Notes under the pieces: generated by a model
What the model saw: only the letters and a program-made list of their open reading frames with translations
What the model was told of the DNA's origin: nothing
Databases searched by the model: none
Assembly: GCA_033764015.1 (NCBI GenBank)
Contig: JANRJK010000030.1
Coordinates: forward strand, 1 to 64,000
Origin: Candidatus Sumerlaeia bacterium
GTDB taxonomy: Bacteria > Sumerlaeota > Sumerlaeia > SLMS01 > JANRJK01
Length of the DNA stretch: 64,000 bases
Direction: 5' to 3'
Program-made: the position numbers and the translations under genes
In this document: piece after piece, positions 47,695 through 56,934 of the stretch
Numbering within the stretch: the first letter of the stretch is position 1
Layout of the letters: each line of letters begins with the position of its first letter

Positions 47695-50070
47695 TCACCG
47701 TACTAGAAGTCCCGTTGCGGTCATCGCCTCCGCCCTGCGGCCGAGGTTGAGCAGCACAGATATGTCCGAGGAACCATTCGCCGTGACCAAATCGAGAAAT
47801 CCGTCCCCATTGAAGTCCGCAGCCTCCAGATTCACGATCGAATAACCGGCATCGAATCCAAGGTAAGGGCCGAATGTGCCGTCACCGCCACCACCACTGC
47901 CGTTCCCGGGCAACACTGTCACGTTGTCCGAAAACTGATTTGCCGTTGCAATGTCCAGGATTCCATCGCCGCTCAAATCCGCTGCCACGATTCCATACGG
48001 ACCATCGCCGACGGGATACTCCACTGCATTGGCGAAGGTACCATTTCCCATCCCCCCTGTGCCATTGCCTAGCAGAACGGAGACGCTGTCGCTTCCCAGG
48101 TTGGCCGTGGCGATATCCATAATGCCATCCGAATTTAAGTCCGCTGCAACTATCCCGTAAGGCGCATCTCCTGTGGGAAGTGTCACCTGGGGTGCAAAGG
48201 TTCCATCCGGTCCCGAACCATTGCTATTGCCGAACAGGATCGAGACGGTATCGGGAAAGATGTTGGCTGCCGCGAGATCGGTAACCCCATCGGAATTGAA
48301 GTCGCCAGCCGCGATGAATCTCGGGCCCTCTCCCACCGCATAGTTCACTGCCGGAGCAAAGGTCCCATCGCCACTTCCCGCGCTCCCGTTTCCAAGGAAA
48401 ACCGAAATGGTGCCTGCGAAGAGATTGGCGATGGCGAAATCACTGATCCCGTCGCCATTGAAGTCGCCGACCACGCCATGGTTTGGTGAATCCCCAGCGG
48501 CATATTCAGCCGCGATGGCGAACGTCCCATCGCCACCACCTAGAATCACCGTCGCTTTGTCGGCAAAGTCGTTTCCAGTAATCAAGTCCACCGCGCCATC
48601 ATCGTCGAAGTCTCCCGGCATCACCGAGCGGGGCCCACCCGGCACCGGATTGTCTGCGAACTTGGAAAAGGTGCCGTCACCAATCCCACTCTTGCTGCCA
48701 CCGAGCAAAACGGAAACCATTAGGCCATTCGGACTTGCGACCGCCAAATCCAGCACCGAGTCGCCATTGAGGTCTGCTGCGGCAACATCGCTTACCGGCT
48801 CGCTGAACGTGATGAACTCTTGGTCGAAAAACGTGCCGTGGCCGACGCCATTCTCACCCAAACCAACAAGAAGTGTCACCTTGTTCGATGAGGAGTCGGC
48901 AGTCGCGAGGTCCGTAATCCCATCCTGGTTGAAGTCGCCGACGGCGATTCCCGATGGATCATCACTCACAAAGAATGCACTGGGAAACCCAAAGGTGCCG
49001 TCCCCCACTCCTCCAACGCCATTACCGAGGAGAATAGCGACAGAGTCCCTGTCGAGGCCCCACGTACAACAGGTAATGTCGGTAACTCCGTCTTCGTTCA
49101 AGTCCCCGAGGGCCAAGGCCATTGCGAGTCCCCCCACATTGTATCGGACCTGCTCCGCAAAGGAGCCATCGGCGCCGCCATTGCTGCCATTGCCGAAGAG
49201 GATGGAAACGTCCTGTGAGTCCTGATTGGCCACGATCAAATCTAGAATTGAGTCGCCATTCAGGTCAACTGTCAACACGTCCTGTGGAGCGGAACCAGCA
49301 GGGTAGTGAACCGGGGAAGCAAAGGTTCCATTACCACTTCCCAAGAGCAGCGAGACATCATCGGACTCCGAATTCGCAGTGACCAAATCAAAAATAGAGT
49401 CCCCGTTGAAGTCCGCAGTGATAATCGCCCCCGGATTGTTCCCAGCCGAAAAGTTCTGCGCAACCGCGAAGGTGCCACTCCCGGTGCCTCCGGGTCCGGC
49501 AAGACCAAGCAAAATCGACACACTATCGGCCCGGGTGTTGGCGGTTGCAATGTCAAGGATTCCATCCCCGTTGAAGTCGCCGGTGGTCAACGCAGTGGGC
49601 AGTCTGGCGGTTCCGTAGGCCGTCTGAGCGGCAAAGGTGCCATCTCCCACGCCACTGGTCCCGTTGCCCAGGAAGACCGACACTGAATCCACACGGGAAT
49701 TCGCAACCGCCAAGTCGAGGATTCCGTCGCTGTTGAAGTCCTCGGAAAGGATCGCGCTCGGAGAGCCCGCCGCCGGGTAGAGAAACTTCGGCGCGAAGGT
49801 GCCATCGCCGACCCCCCCGGTGCCATTTCCCAAGTGCACGGAAACCGCCGAGCTCGTAGAATTGCCAACCGCCAGATCAAGAATGCCATCTCCATTGAAG
49901 TCTGCTGTGACAATGTCCAGTGGCCTGACGGCCGCCTCGATCGTCGGGAAGGGAAACCCCTTCCACGACGGGTCAGCCCATGCCGCTGCCGATGCCTGCA
50001 GCAACGGAACCGCAGCCAGCAAGGGTGACAGGTGTTGGCGGATCGCCCGATACTCGAACGGAAGTAGCAT
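47695..50070 (-). CDS. Secreted FG-GAP/VCBS-repeat protein (14 repeats)
   Basis: Signal-like N-terminus ending AAAWA. 14 D(F/L)xxDxxxD(L/I/F) repeats, mostly with GNGxxGxGDGTF loops. Ends in TGLLVR. Start position uncertain. Confidence 0.88.
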   Translation of the reverse strand: MLLPFEYRAIRQHLSPLLAAVPLLQASAAAWADPSWKGFPFPTIEAAVRPLDIVTADFNGDGILDLAVGNSTSSAVSVHLGNGTGGVGDGTFAPKFLYPAAGSPSAILSEDFNSDGILDLAVANSRVDSVSVFLGNGTSGVGDGTFAAQTAYGTARLPTALTTGDFNGDGILDIATANTRADSVSILLGLAGPGGTGSGTFAVAQNFSAGNNPGAIITADFNGDSIFDLVTANSESDDVSLLLGSGNGTFASPVHYPAGSAPQDVLTVDLNGDSILDLIVANQDSQDVSILFGNGSNGGADGSFAEQVRYNVGGLAMALALGDLNEDGVTDITCCTWGLDRDSVAILLGNGVGGVGDGTFGFPSAFFVSDDPSGIAVGDFNQDGITDLATADSSSNKVTLLVGLGENGVGHGTFFDQEFITFSEPVSDVAAADLNGDSVLDLAVASPNGLMVSVLLGGSKSGIGDGTFSKFADNPVPGGPRSVMPGDFDDDGAVDLITGNDFADKATVILGGGDGTFAIAAEYAAGDSPNHGVVGDFNGDGISDFAIANLFAGTISVFLGNGSAGSGDGTFAPAVNYAVGEGPRFIAAGDFNSDGVTDLAAANIFPDTVSILFGNSNGSGPDGTFAPQVTLPTGDAPYGIVAADLNSDGIMDIATANLGSDSVSVLLGNGTGGMGNGTFANAVEYPVGDGPYGIVAADLSGDGILDIATANQFSDNVTVLPGNGSGGGGDGTFGPYLGFDAGYSIVNLEAADFNGDGFLDLVTANGSSDISVLLNLGRRAEAMTATGLLVR

Positions 50071-50210
50071 TTTCACAGCCCCAAGCATTGAAGTCGTCCC
50101 GAAGCGGACAATCAATATCGTGTTAGGGCGGCGCAAGCGGTATCCGCCCACGCCTTGCCTTCGCGGATGATTGGATCGAAGTGTCTCCCCGGAAAGGCGC
50201 CCGCTCCGCC

Positions 50211-52763
50211 TCACCCCTCGCGGACGATGCGGAAGCCGACCTCGGGAAGCGCGTCGTCGGGCGCCTGCCGGCCGCGGACCGTGACGCCGAGGTTGCGCAC
50301 GTTCGAGAAGAAGCTGCCGCCGCGGAGCACCCGCCGTGGAACACCGGCGGCGGGCTTGCTGTCGTTGCGCGGGTTTTCGCGGACCGTCGTGTTGGTGTAG
50401 AATGATTCGCCGAAGTAATCGAGGCACCACTCGGCGACGTTGCCAGCCATGTTGAGCGCCCCCGTCTCCTGCGCGGCGCCGGCGTCGGCGGCGTTGACAG
50501 GCACCGTCTTCACCGCCGTCTGGCCGAAGTTCGCCCGGGTGCCGTCGGGCTCCGTGGTCCCCCACGGGTAGGTCGCGTTGCCGCGCCCACGGGCGGCTCG
50601 CTCCCACTCCGCTTCCGTCGGAAGGCGGAACTTCGCTCCGGCCTCGCGCGAGAGCCACTCGGTGTACGCCACCGCCGCGTGCCACGTGACGCCGTTGGCA
50701 GGGTGCAGCTCGCGCCGCGTCAGCGGGGCGTAGCGGCCCGTCTTCTCGTCGCGGACGATGTTGAACTCTTTCTCCGGGGTGTAGAGCGCGCCGGCTTGCG
50801 CGCCGACCCGGTTGAGGAACGTCGCGAACTCGAGCGCGGTCACCTCGTGCCGTCCGATCGAGTAGGCGGAAAGCGTGATCGAAGCCACCGGACCCTCGTC
50901 GGGGCTGGCGCCGTCGCTGACCCGTCCGCGGGTGAAGGCCCCAGCGGGCACCTCCGCCAGCACCGGGTTCTTGGCGATCGTCAGCGCGACTTCGTCCGCC
51001 AGCGCCAGGAAGCGCTCGTCGCGCATTTGCCGCTGCGACTCCATCGCTTCGTCCCATACACGGAACCAACCGGCGAAGCCTTCGGACGCCTCGAAGTCCC
51101 GCCGCAGGTCCGCGAGCTTCTGATCCGCGCGCGTCGGGGTCGCGGTTCCTTCCGGTGAAGCCGTCGGGCGGGGTGTCGAGCGGGGCGGCGGTGCTGTCGT
51201 CGCGCCCGGGGCCACGGTTGCTTCGGCTGTGGGGACCGGGGCGGTCGTCGGCTCCGGCGTTGGGACCGGCACCGCGGCGGCCCCGGTCGGCACGGGGGCT
51301 GGTGTGGCGGTCGGGGATGGAGTTGGCCCCGGGATCGCCGCGGAGTTGTCGGGCTCGCCGCCGCCACCTGTGAGCATGGCGGCGAGGACCACCGCTGCGA
51401 TCACCGTGAGGCCGGCGAGCCCGCCGAAGATCATCTTCTTGCTGGAACCGGGCGCGGCGGCGGGCTCCGCCTGCACTACCGGAGCGGGTGGCGCGGCGGG
51501 GGCCGGGGCCGTCCCCACTTTCGTCGCCGAGACCATCGTCGCGCCGGCTTCTCCGCCTGACACCAGTGGCGCGGGCGCCTCCGACGGGGCGGCCATCGCC
51601 CAGGTCGCCTCCTCCGCCACGCGCTTCTTGGCTTCCGCCAACCGCGCTCCAGCCAAATCGTCAGTCGCCGTCGTCCGCTGGATGTCGTCGACGGTCTCGA
51701 CGTAGGTGTCCTGCGAGATCGGCTTCGTCTTGCCGGCGAACGCCGCGCCGCTCGGCTCCGTCAGGTCGGTCGCGCGCGAGGGCATCGTGTCGTCCGTCGC
51801 GAGCGCGGGCGTGGACGGCAGGGTGGCGCCGGCGACGATCGGCTGCGCGCCGAACTGCGTCATCGAGCCCCAGACCTCGGTCATCTTGCGGTCGAGGATC
51901 GACCCGAGCGTCGCCATGATTCGCTCGCCCAGCTCGTGCGCGTCCTGCGGGCGGTGCCGCGGATCCTTCTCGAGGCACTGCGCGACGAGCGCGTCGAACT
52001 CCGCGGGCACGTCGGGAAGGATCGCGCGCACGGAGGGCGGGCGCTCGCTGAGGTGCTTCGCCGCCACCGTGTACGGGGTGCCCTCGAACACGGTCTTGCG
52101 GCTGAAGCAGTAGAACATCACGCAGCCGAATGAATAGAGGTCCGACAGGTGGTTGATGTCGGACGCGCCGCGGACCTGCTCCGGGGACATGTAGGTGGGC
52201 GTGCCGATCGCCTGGCCGGTGACCGTCAGGTTGTCGCCGCCGGAGGTCATCTGGCTGTTCGAGTCGATGTGCGCGATGCCGAAGTCCATCACCTTCACGC
52301 GCCAGCGGCCCTTGCCGAGGTCCGCCACCATCATGTTGTGGGGCTTGATGTCGCGGTGCACGATGCCCATTTCGTGCGCCCGCGAGATGCCCTCGCAGGC
52401 GAGGCTGAGCACGCGCCCGAGGTCGCGCACCCTCAGCCCCGGCGGCGGCTTCTGGATCACTCCCTGCAGGTCGCGGCCCTCCACGTACTCCATGACGATG
52501 TAGATGCCCTCGGGGCCGTCGTGGAATTCGTAGATCTGGACGATGTTCTCGTGCGTGAGGCGCGCAACGGTCTTCGCTTCGCGCACGAAGCGGGCGAGGA
52601 AGCCGGGCACCTCGAGCGCCGCCGGGTGCGGCACCTTGATCGCCACGTCGCGACCCAGATCGAGCTGCCGGGCGCGGTAGACCGCGCCCATGCCGCCGGC
52701 TCCGAGCGTCTTCACGATCTCGTATTTGCCGAGGATGATGCTACCGGGGGCTAGCGTGTCCAT
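50211..52763 (-). CDS. Ser/Thr protein kinase - TM - Pro/Thr linker - FGE-sulfatase domain
   Basis: LGAGGMGAVY, VAIK, HRDIKPHN, DFG, GTPTYMSPE. TM, then RLPTEAEWERAARG, NMAGNVAEW, RGGSF, GFR. Confidence 0.93.
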   Translation of the reverse strand: MDTLAPGSIILGKYEIVKTLGAGGMGAVYRARQLDLGRDVAIKVPHPAALEVPGFLARFVREAKTVARLTHENIVQIYEFHDGPEGIYIVMEYVEGRDLQGVIQKPPPGLRVRDLGRVLSLACEGISRAHEMGIVHRDIKPHNMMVADLGKGRWRVKVMDFGIAHIDSNSQMTSGGDNLTVTGQAIGTPTYMSPEQVRGASDINHLSDLYSFGCVMFYCFSRKTVFEGTPYTVAAKHLSERPPSVRAILPDVPAEFDALVAQCLEKDPRHRPQDAHELGERIMATLGSILDRKMTEVWGSMTQFGAQPIVAGATLPSTPALATDDTMPSRATDLTEPSGAAFAGKTKPISQDTYVETVDDIQRTTATDDLAGARLAEAKKRVAEEATWAMAAPSEAPAPLVSGGEAGATMVSATKVGTAPAPAAPPAPVVQAEPAAAPGSSKKMIFGGLAGLTVIAAVVLAAMLTGGGGEPDNSAAIPGPTPSPTATPAPVPTGAAAVPVPTPEPTTAPVPTAEATVAPGATTAPPPRSTPRPTASPEGTATPTRADQKLADLRRDFEASEGFAGWFRVWDEAMESQRQMRDERFLALADEVALTIAKNPVLAEVPAGAFTRGRVSDGASPDEGPVASITLSAYSIGRHEVTALEFATFLNRVGAQAGALYTPEKEFNIVRDEKTGRYAPLTRRELHPANGVTWHAAVAYTEWLSREAGAKFRLPTEAEWERAARGRGNATYPWGTTEPDGTRANFGQTAVKTVPVNAADAGAAQETGALNMAGNVAEWCLDYFGESFYTNTTVRENPRNDSKPAAGVPRRVLRGGSFFSNVRNLGVTVRGRQAPDDALPEVGFRIVREG

Positions 52764-52925
52764 CGAGGCCAAAGATCGGGCAACCTTGGGCGTAAAGCCG
52801 GGGGATCGCCGGCGAGGATGAAGCCCCCGCGGGCGCGGTCAACAGGGAAGCCCGGCGGCGCCAGCGGGGGCGCCGGGCCGGGAACGAAGCTCCGTCGCGG
52901 TGGCGGCCGGCGGGGGCCCGCCCCC

Positions 52926-54617
52926 TCAGCCCCCCGGTTCCACTGGTGGGATCTTCGGCCGCCGGAGGCCCCCCGGTGGCGGGGGCAGCGGCCGCGGTCC
53001 CGCAGGGTTCGGCACGCTGGAAAGCGGGCGCGGCGGGGGAGCGGCGGGCCATTGGGGCATGGATTGCGGCGGCGGCGGGGCCTGCGGGGGCGGCGGCATC
53101 GGCGGGCGCATCGGCGGAGGCATGGGCGGCAGCGACGATGGGAAGCCGTGCGGAGGCGGCGGCGGTGCGGCGTGGGGCATCGACTGCGCCGGATCGGGCT
53201 CCGTCACCGGCATCGGCACCGGGGCGCGCGGCACTTCGGGGATCGCGCGCGAGGTGGGCGCCTCCCCCAGCGATGGTTCGTGCTGCGGCGGCGGGGGAGG
53301 CGGTGGCGGTGCGGCCGGTCGCGGGAGCGGCTGCGGCGGGGGCGGCGCCTGCGCCTGCGGCCTGCGCACCGCGGGACTCGACGTGCGTCCGAAGTTGGTG
53401 CTGTTATCGTCCCCCCGCATGTTGTTGTAGTCGCTTTCCGCGTCGATGGCGAAGCGCCCGCCCGCGCGCGACTCGCTGCCGGGCAGGTCGTAGTCGCCGC
53501 CGATGAACACCCACGGGTCCTCGGTGTCCTCCCAGTCCGAGCCCGGCGTGATGCCGATGCCGCGGATCTTGAGCTGGAGGTCGTTCCCCGAGTCGGCGGC
53601 TCCGAGCGCCTCCTCCGTCGAGATGATTCCGCGCTTCAGGAGCTTGAACACCGACTTGTCCATGGAGACGATGCCCTCCTGGTTGTCGATGGAAAGCGTC
53701 TCCTTGATCGTGCCGAGGAGCCCCTTCATGATCAGGTCCTGGATGCGCGGCGTGTTGACGAGGATCTCCGCGGCGAGCGCGCGGCCCCCGCCGATGCGCG
53801 GCACGAGGCGCTGCGAGACGATCGCCTTCAGGTTGTGCGCGATGTGGTGGAGCACCTGCTCGCGCTGCTCGCCCGGGTAGAAGTTCAGGATGCGCTCGAT
53901 CGTGATCACCGTGTCGGTCGAGTGCAGCGTCGCGAACACCAGGTGGCCCGTCTCCGAGGCGTGGAGCGCGAACTGCACGGTCTCCGCGTCGCGGAGCTCG
54001 CCGATGCAGATCACCTGCGGCGCCTGGCGGAGCGTGTTCTTCAGCGCTTCGTGGAAGCTGAAGGTGTCGATGCCCACCTCGCGCTGCGTGACGATGGAGC
54101 GGCGGTGCCGGTAGAGGAACTCGATCGGGTCCTCGATGGTGACGATGTGTCCGGTGCGCGAATGGTTGCGGTAGTCGATCATCGAGGCCATGGTGGTCGA
54201 CTTGCCGGACCCCGTCGCGCCGGTGACCAGCACGATGCCGCGGTCCATCAGGGAGATCTCGCGCAGCTTGGGCGGGAGGCCCAGCATGCGCATGGTGGGG
54301 ATCTCCATCTTCACGCGGCGGAACACCATCGCCACGGAGCCGCGCTGCCAGAACACGTTCACGCGGAAGCGCCCGATCTCGGAGTCCATGTACGCGAGGT
54401 TGCACTCGCGCGAGTCCTCGAACTCGCGGCGCTGCTTCTCCGACATGATGACGCTGGTGAAGTCCTCGGAGTCCTCGGGCTTCACCTTGCGGCCCTTCGC
54501 CGCGTCCAGCGCCTGCAGCTTGCCATCCTTGTTGATCGCCGGCACGGCGCCGGTGGCCAAATACAGGTCGGAGCCGTCGCGCTCGACCATCTCCCTCAGG
54601 AGTGCCTTGAGGTCCAT
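52926..54617 (-). CDS. pilU: Type IV pilus ATPase PilU/PilT family with long Pro-rich C-terminal tail
   Basis: GSDLYL, FRVNVFWQRG, GATGSGKSTT, TIEDPIE, NTLRQAP, ETGHLVFATLH. Confidence 0.85.
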   Translation of the reverse strand: MDLKALLREMVERDGSDLYLATGAVPAINKDGKLQALDAAKGRKVKPEDSEDFTSVIMSEKQRREFEDSRECNLAYMDSEIGRFRVNVFWQRGSVAMVFRRVKMEIPTMRMLGLPPKLREISLMDRGIVLVTGATGSGKSTTMASMIDYRNHSRTGHIVTIEDPIEFLYRHRRSIVTQREVGIDTFSFHEALKNTLRQAPQVICIGELRDAETVQFALHASETGHLVFATLHSTDTVITIERILNFYPGEQREQVLHHIAHNLKAIVSQRLVPRIGGGRALAAEILVNTPRIQDLIMKGLLGTIKETLSIDNQEGIVSMDKSVFKLLKRGIISTEEALGAADSGNDLQLKIRGIGITPGSDWEDTEDPWVFIGGDYDLPGSESRAGGRFAIDAESDYNNMRGDDNSTNFGRTSSPAVRRPQAQAPPPPQPLPRPAAPPPPPPPPQHEPSLGEAPTSRAIPEVPRAPVPMPVTEPDPAQSMPHAAPPPPPHGFPSSLPPMPPPMRPPMPPPPQAPPPPQSMPQWPAAPPPRPLSSVPNPAGPRPLPPPPGGLRRPKIPPVEPGG

Positions 54618-54708
54618 GTGCCTGCTCGCTGATCGGGCGGCCAGCGCCGCCCCGCAGTGGTGTCGTCCCGCAATGTTGGCCCGCGGCGCGCGATGCGCAA
54701 GCGGACAG

Positions 54709-55368
54709 ATGCGAATCGCCGCCGCCTCCCTGCTTCTCGCCGCCGCGGCCGCGGCGGCGGACACCACCGACACGCTCCGCCTGGAGGACGTGCTCAACGC
54801 CCCTGCGCGCACCGCCGAGCGCAAGGCGCGCTTCGACTCGCTCCTGATTCCCGCGCCCGACCTCGAGCTCTGGGAGCGCGGCGCGACCGAGCCCGTCCCC
54901 GAGTGGGGGCTGCTGCCGCTGCCGAGGCTCGCCTCCCGCGCGATCGAGCCGCGCGGCGAGGCGAGCAGGCGCACCGCCCAGGCCCCGCTGCTCATCGAGG
55001 GCGCCGCCGTCGACCGCGACCGCGCCGACCTCCGCGGCCGCGCGCTCCTCCGCATCTCCACCGCCACCGCGGAGTTGTCCATGCGCTACCTGTTCATCGA
55101 CGAGGCCACCGGCGCCGTCGCGCTCGACCTGCCCCACGGACCCGGCATGGAGGAGACGGTCTCGCTACCGGCGGGCAGCTACATGGTCTGGCGGCAGATC
55201 TTCGAGGAGGGGGACCGCCCGCGCCGCTACAACGAGCGCTTCCCCGCGCAGGTGCTGCGGGGCGGGGCCGAGTACAGCGCGTCTTTCGACGGGCGGGACG
55301 AAGGCGCGCTGCTCCGCACGGTCCGGCGGGCCCGGCCCGGCGACACGGCGCCCTGGTCGGAGAAGTAG
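54709..55368 (+). CDS. Secreted hypothetical protein
   Basis: Signal peptide MRIAAASLLLAAAAAAA and a beta-rich C-terminal half (SLPAGSY). Confidence 0.65.
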   Translation: MRIAAASLLLAAAAAAADTTDTLRLEDVLNAPARTAERKARFDSLLIPAPDLELWERGATEPVPEWGLLPLPRLASRAIEPRGEASRRTAQAPLLIEGAAVDRDRADLRGRALLRISTATAELSMRYLFIDEATGAVALDLPHGPGMEETVSLPAGSYMVWRQIFEEGDRPRRYNERFPAQVLRGGAEYSASFDGRDEGALLRTVRRARPGDTAPWSEK

Positions 55369-55373
55369 GTTCC

Positions 55374-56678
55374 TTACCGCTTCGCCGGTGCGGCGGACGG
55401 CACCGCCGGGAACGCGCCGAGGCAGAACGGGCCATCCGGAAGCGCAACGATCTTGCAGCGCTGGCCGTGCGACTCCATCGCGCCGAGGATCGCCTCGTTC
55501 ATGTCCTTGGCCGGGGTGAAGCCGAGCGCCCAGAGTTCCTCCTCCGGAATGCCCGTGGTGTACACGATCACCTCGTGGTCGCGGAGGATCCGGAAGAGCA
55601 CCTGCGCCGCCCACTGTCCGGGGATGAAGGCTTCCTTCTTGCCAAGGGCCTCGATGAACTCGTCGTGGTTCCGCCCAAGGCGGAGCAGCCGCTGGAAGTC
55701 CTTCGGCCCGAGGCCGCCCTTCAGTTCGCCGACGACGACGATGGTGCCCTCCGCCTGCAACACACCTTCGACCGCCGCGATGGACTTGAGGAGCGAAAGC
55801 ATGTCGTGGTCGAAGGGGGCTCCGCCGCCGCTGGTGACGACGACATCCATCGGCTCCTTGGCGCTCGCCTGCAGCGCCTCGCGCATGGCGAGCATCGCCT
55901 GGAAGTGGCTCTGGCCGAAGTGTCCGGCCATGACCCGGGAAACGTGGCCGGAGGGCGTCAAGAGCACCGAGACCGCCGCGTCGCAGCCCGCGTGCTGGGC
56001 CGTCTCCATGCCGTGCACGTGGAAGGGGTTGTCGCGGAAGTTGCCGTAGCGCACGCCCGCGTGGTCCACGTTCTGCGGATCGTAGAGCGCGTGGTAGGTG
56101 GCCTCGCTGGAAAGGCCCGGCGACAGCACCGCCCGCCCGCCCGTGAAACCGAAGATCAGGTCCGGCGAGACGTGCCCCAGCACGATCTTCAGGTCCGCGC
56201 GGAGGTACTCCTTGCTGATCGTGATCGGAACGTTGCGTGAACTGTCCGTCAGGACCTCCACGGAGTCGGCGTCGAAGGGGCTGTGCAGGACGACGCGGTA
56301 GTGCTCGAGCGTCGACGCGTCGAGCACCTCGGGCACCTGGGCGGGAAGCAGGGGCTTCCAAAGCCGGTTCGCCAGAAGGATCGTGATGTCCGAGGCCGAC
56401 AGCTCCGTGTGGTCCTCGAGGACCTCGATGAACTCGGGGAGCACCTCGCGCGTCACGACCGGCTCGAACGGGTCGACCGCGATGACGCAGTGCTGTTTCC
56501 CTTCGGCCATCTTCTCGATGGAGGGGACGCCGGTCATCGACTCGAGCGCGGCCATCAACTCCCCGCGCACGTCGGCGCAGGGCTCCAGCCCCTTGGGGCG
56601 GTAAAGTCGTCCGTTGATCCAGTTGTCCGGCACGTCAACCGGCAAGGTATCGGTGCCGTAGCTCAGCTTGATGTTCAT
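55374..56678 (-). CDS. LarA (nickel-pincer lactate racemase) superfamily protein, divergent active site
   Basis: MNIKLSYG, ADLKIVLG, GFTGGR..PG, DVVVTSGGGAPFD, LPDGP give the LarA/DUF2088 layout. Confidence 0.82.
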   Translation of the reverse strand: MNIKLSYGTDTLPVDVPDNWINGRLYRPKGLEPCADVRGELMAALESMTGVPSIEKMAEGKQHCVIAVDPFEPVVTREVLPEFIEVLEDHTELSASDITILLANRLWKPLLPAQVPEVLDASTLEHYRVVLHSPFDADSVEVLTDSSRNVPITISKEYLRADLKIVLGHVSPDLIFGFTGGRAVLSPGLSSEATYHALYDPQNVDHAGVRYGNFRDNPFHVHGMETAQHAGCDAAVSVLLTPSGHVSRVMAGHFGQSHFQAMLAMREALQASAKEPMDVVVTSGGGAPFDHDMLSLLKSIAAVEGVLQAEGTIVVVGELKGGLGPKDFQRLLRLGRNHDEFIEALGKKEAFIPGQWAAQVLFRILRDHEVIVYTTGIPEEELWALGFTPAKDMNEAILGAMESHGQRCKIVALPDGPFCLGAFPAVPSAAPAKR

Positions 56679-56934
56679 GTAGGGTCGCTGACAGCCGGTT
56701 TCGGGAAGCGGGGGGCCATAATCACTGCTTGGAGTCTGACCCGCTGGTCCGACCGCCGTCAACTAGTGGCGGATGGGCCGTCCGGGCCGGGGCATCTCGG
56801 GGTTGCTCCTAGCAAGAGGCCCGCGGCCCCGGGTCTCAACCAGATTCCGCGGCTCCCGTGAAGCGGACTTTTCCCGTTACCCCCCGGGCGGGAGGGCGGT
56901 TCGATCCCAATGCCAACCCAACGAGGCCCCCGCC

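Noticed and set aside
47695..50070. Repetitive DNA as a possible CRISPR array or tandem repeat
   Set aside because: The repeats are degenerate in-frame protein repeats (FG-GAP), with no identical DNA repeats and spacers and no cas genes.
54709..55368. C-terminus ...TAPWSEK as another instance of the W-tail
   Set aside because: W is at -4, but the following residues are polar and the preceding residue is Pro. The match is too weak to count.
56890..56920. GGTTCGATCCC resembling a tRNA T-loop
   Set aside because: The flanking bases do not form a 5-bp T stem, and there is no acceptor stem or anticodon arm.
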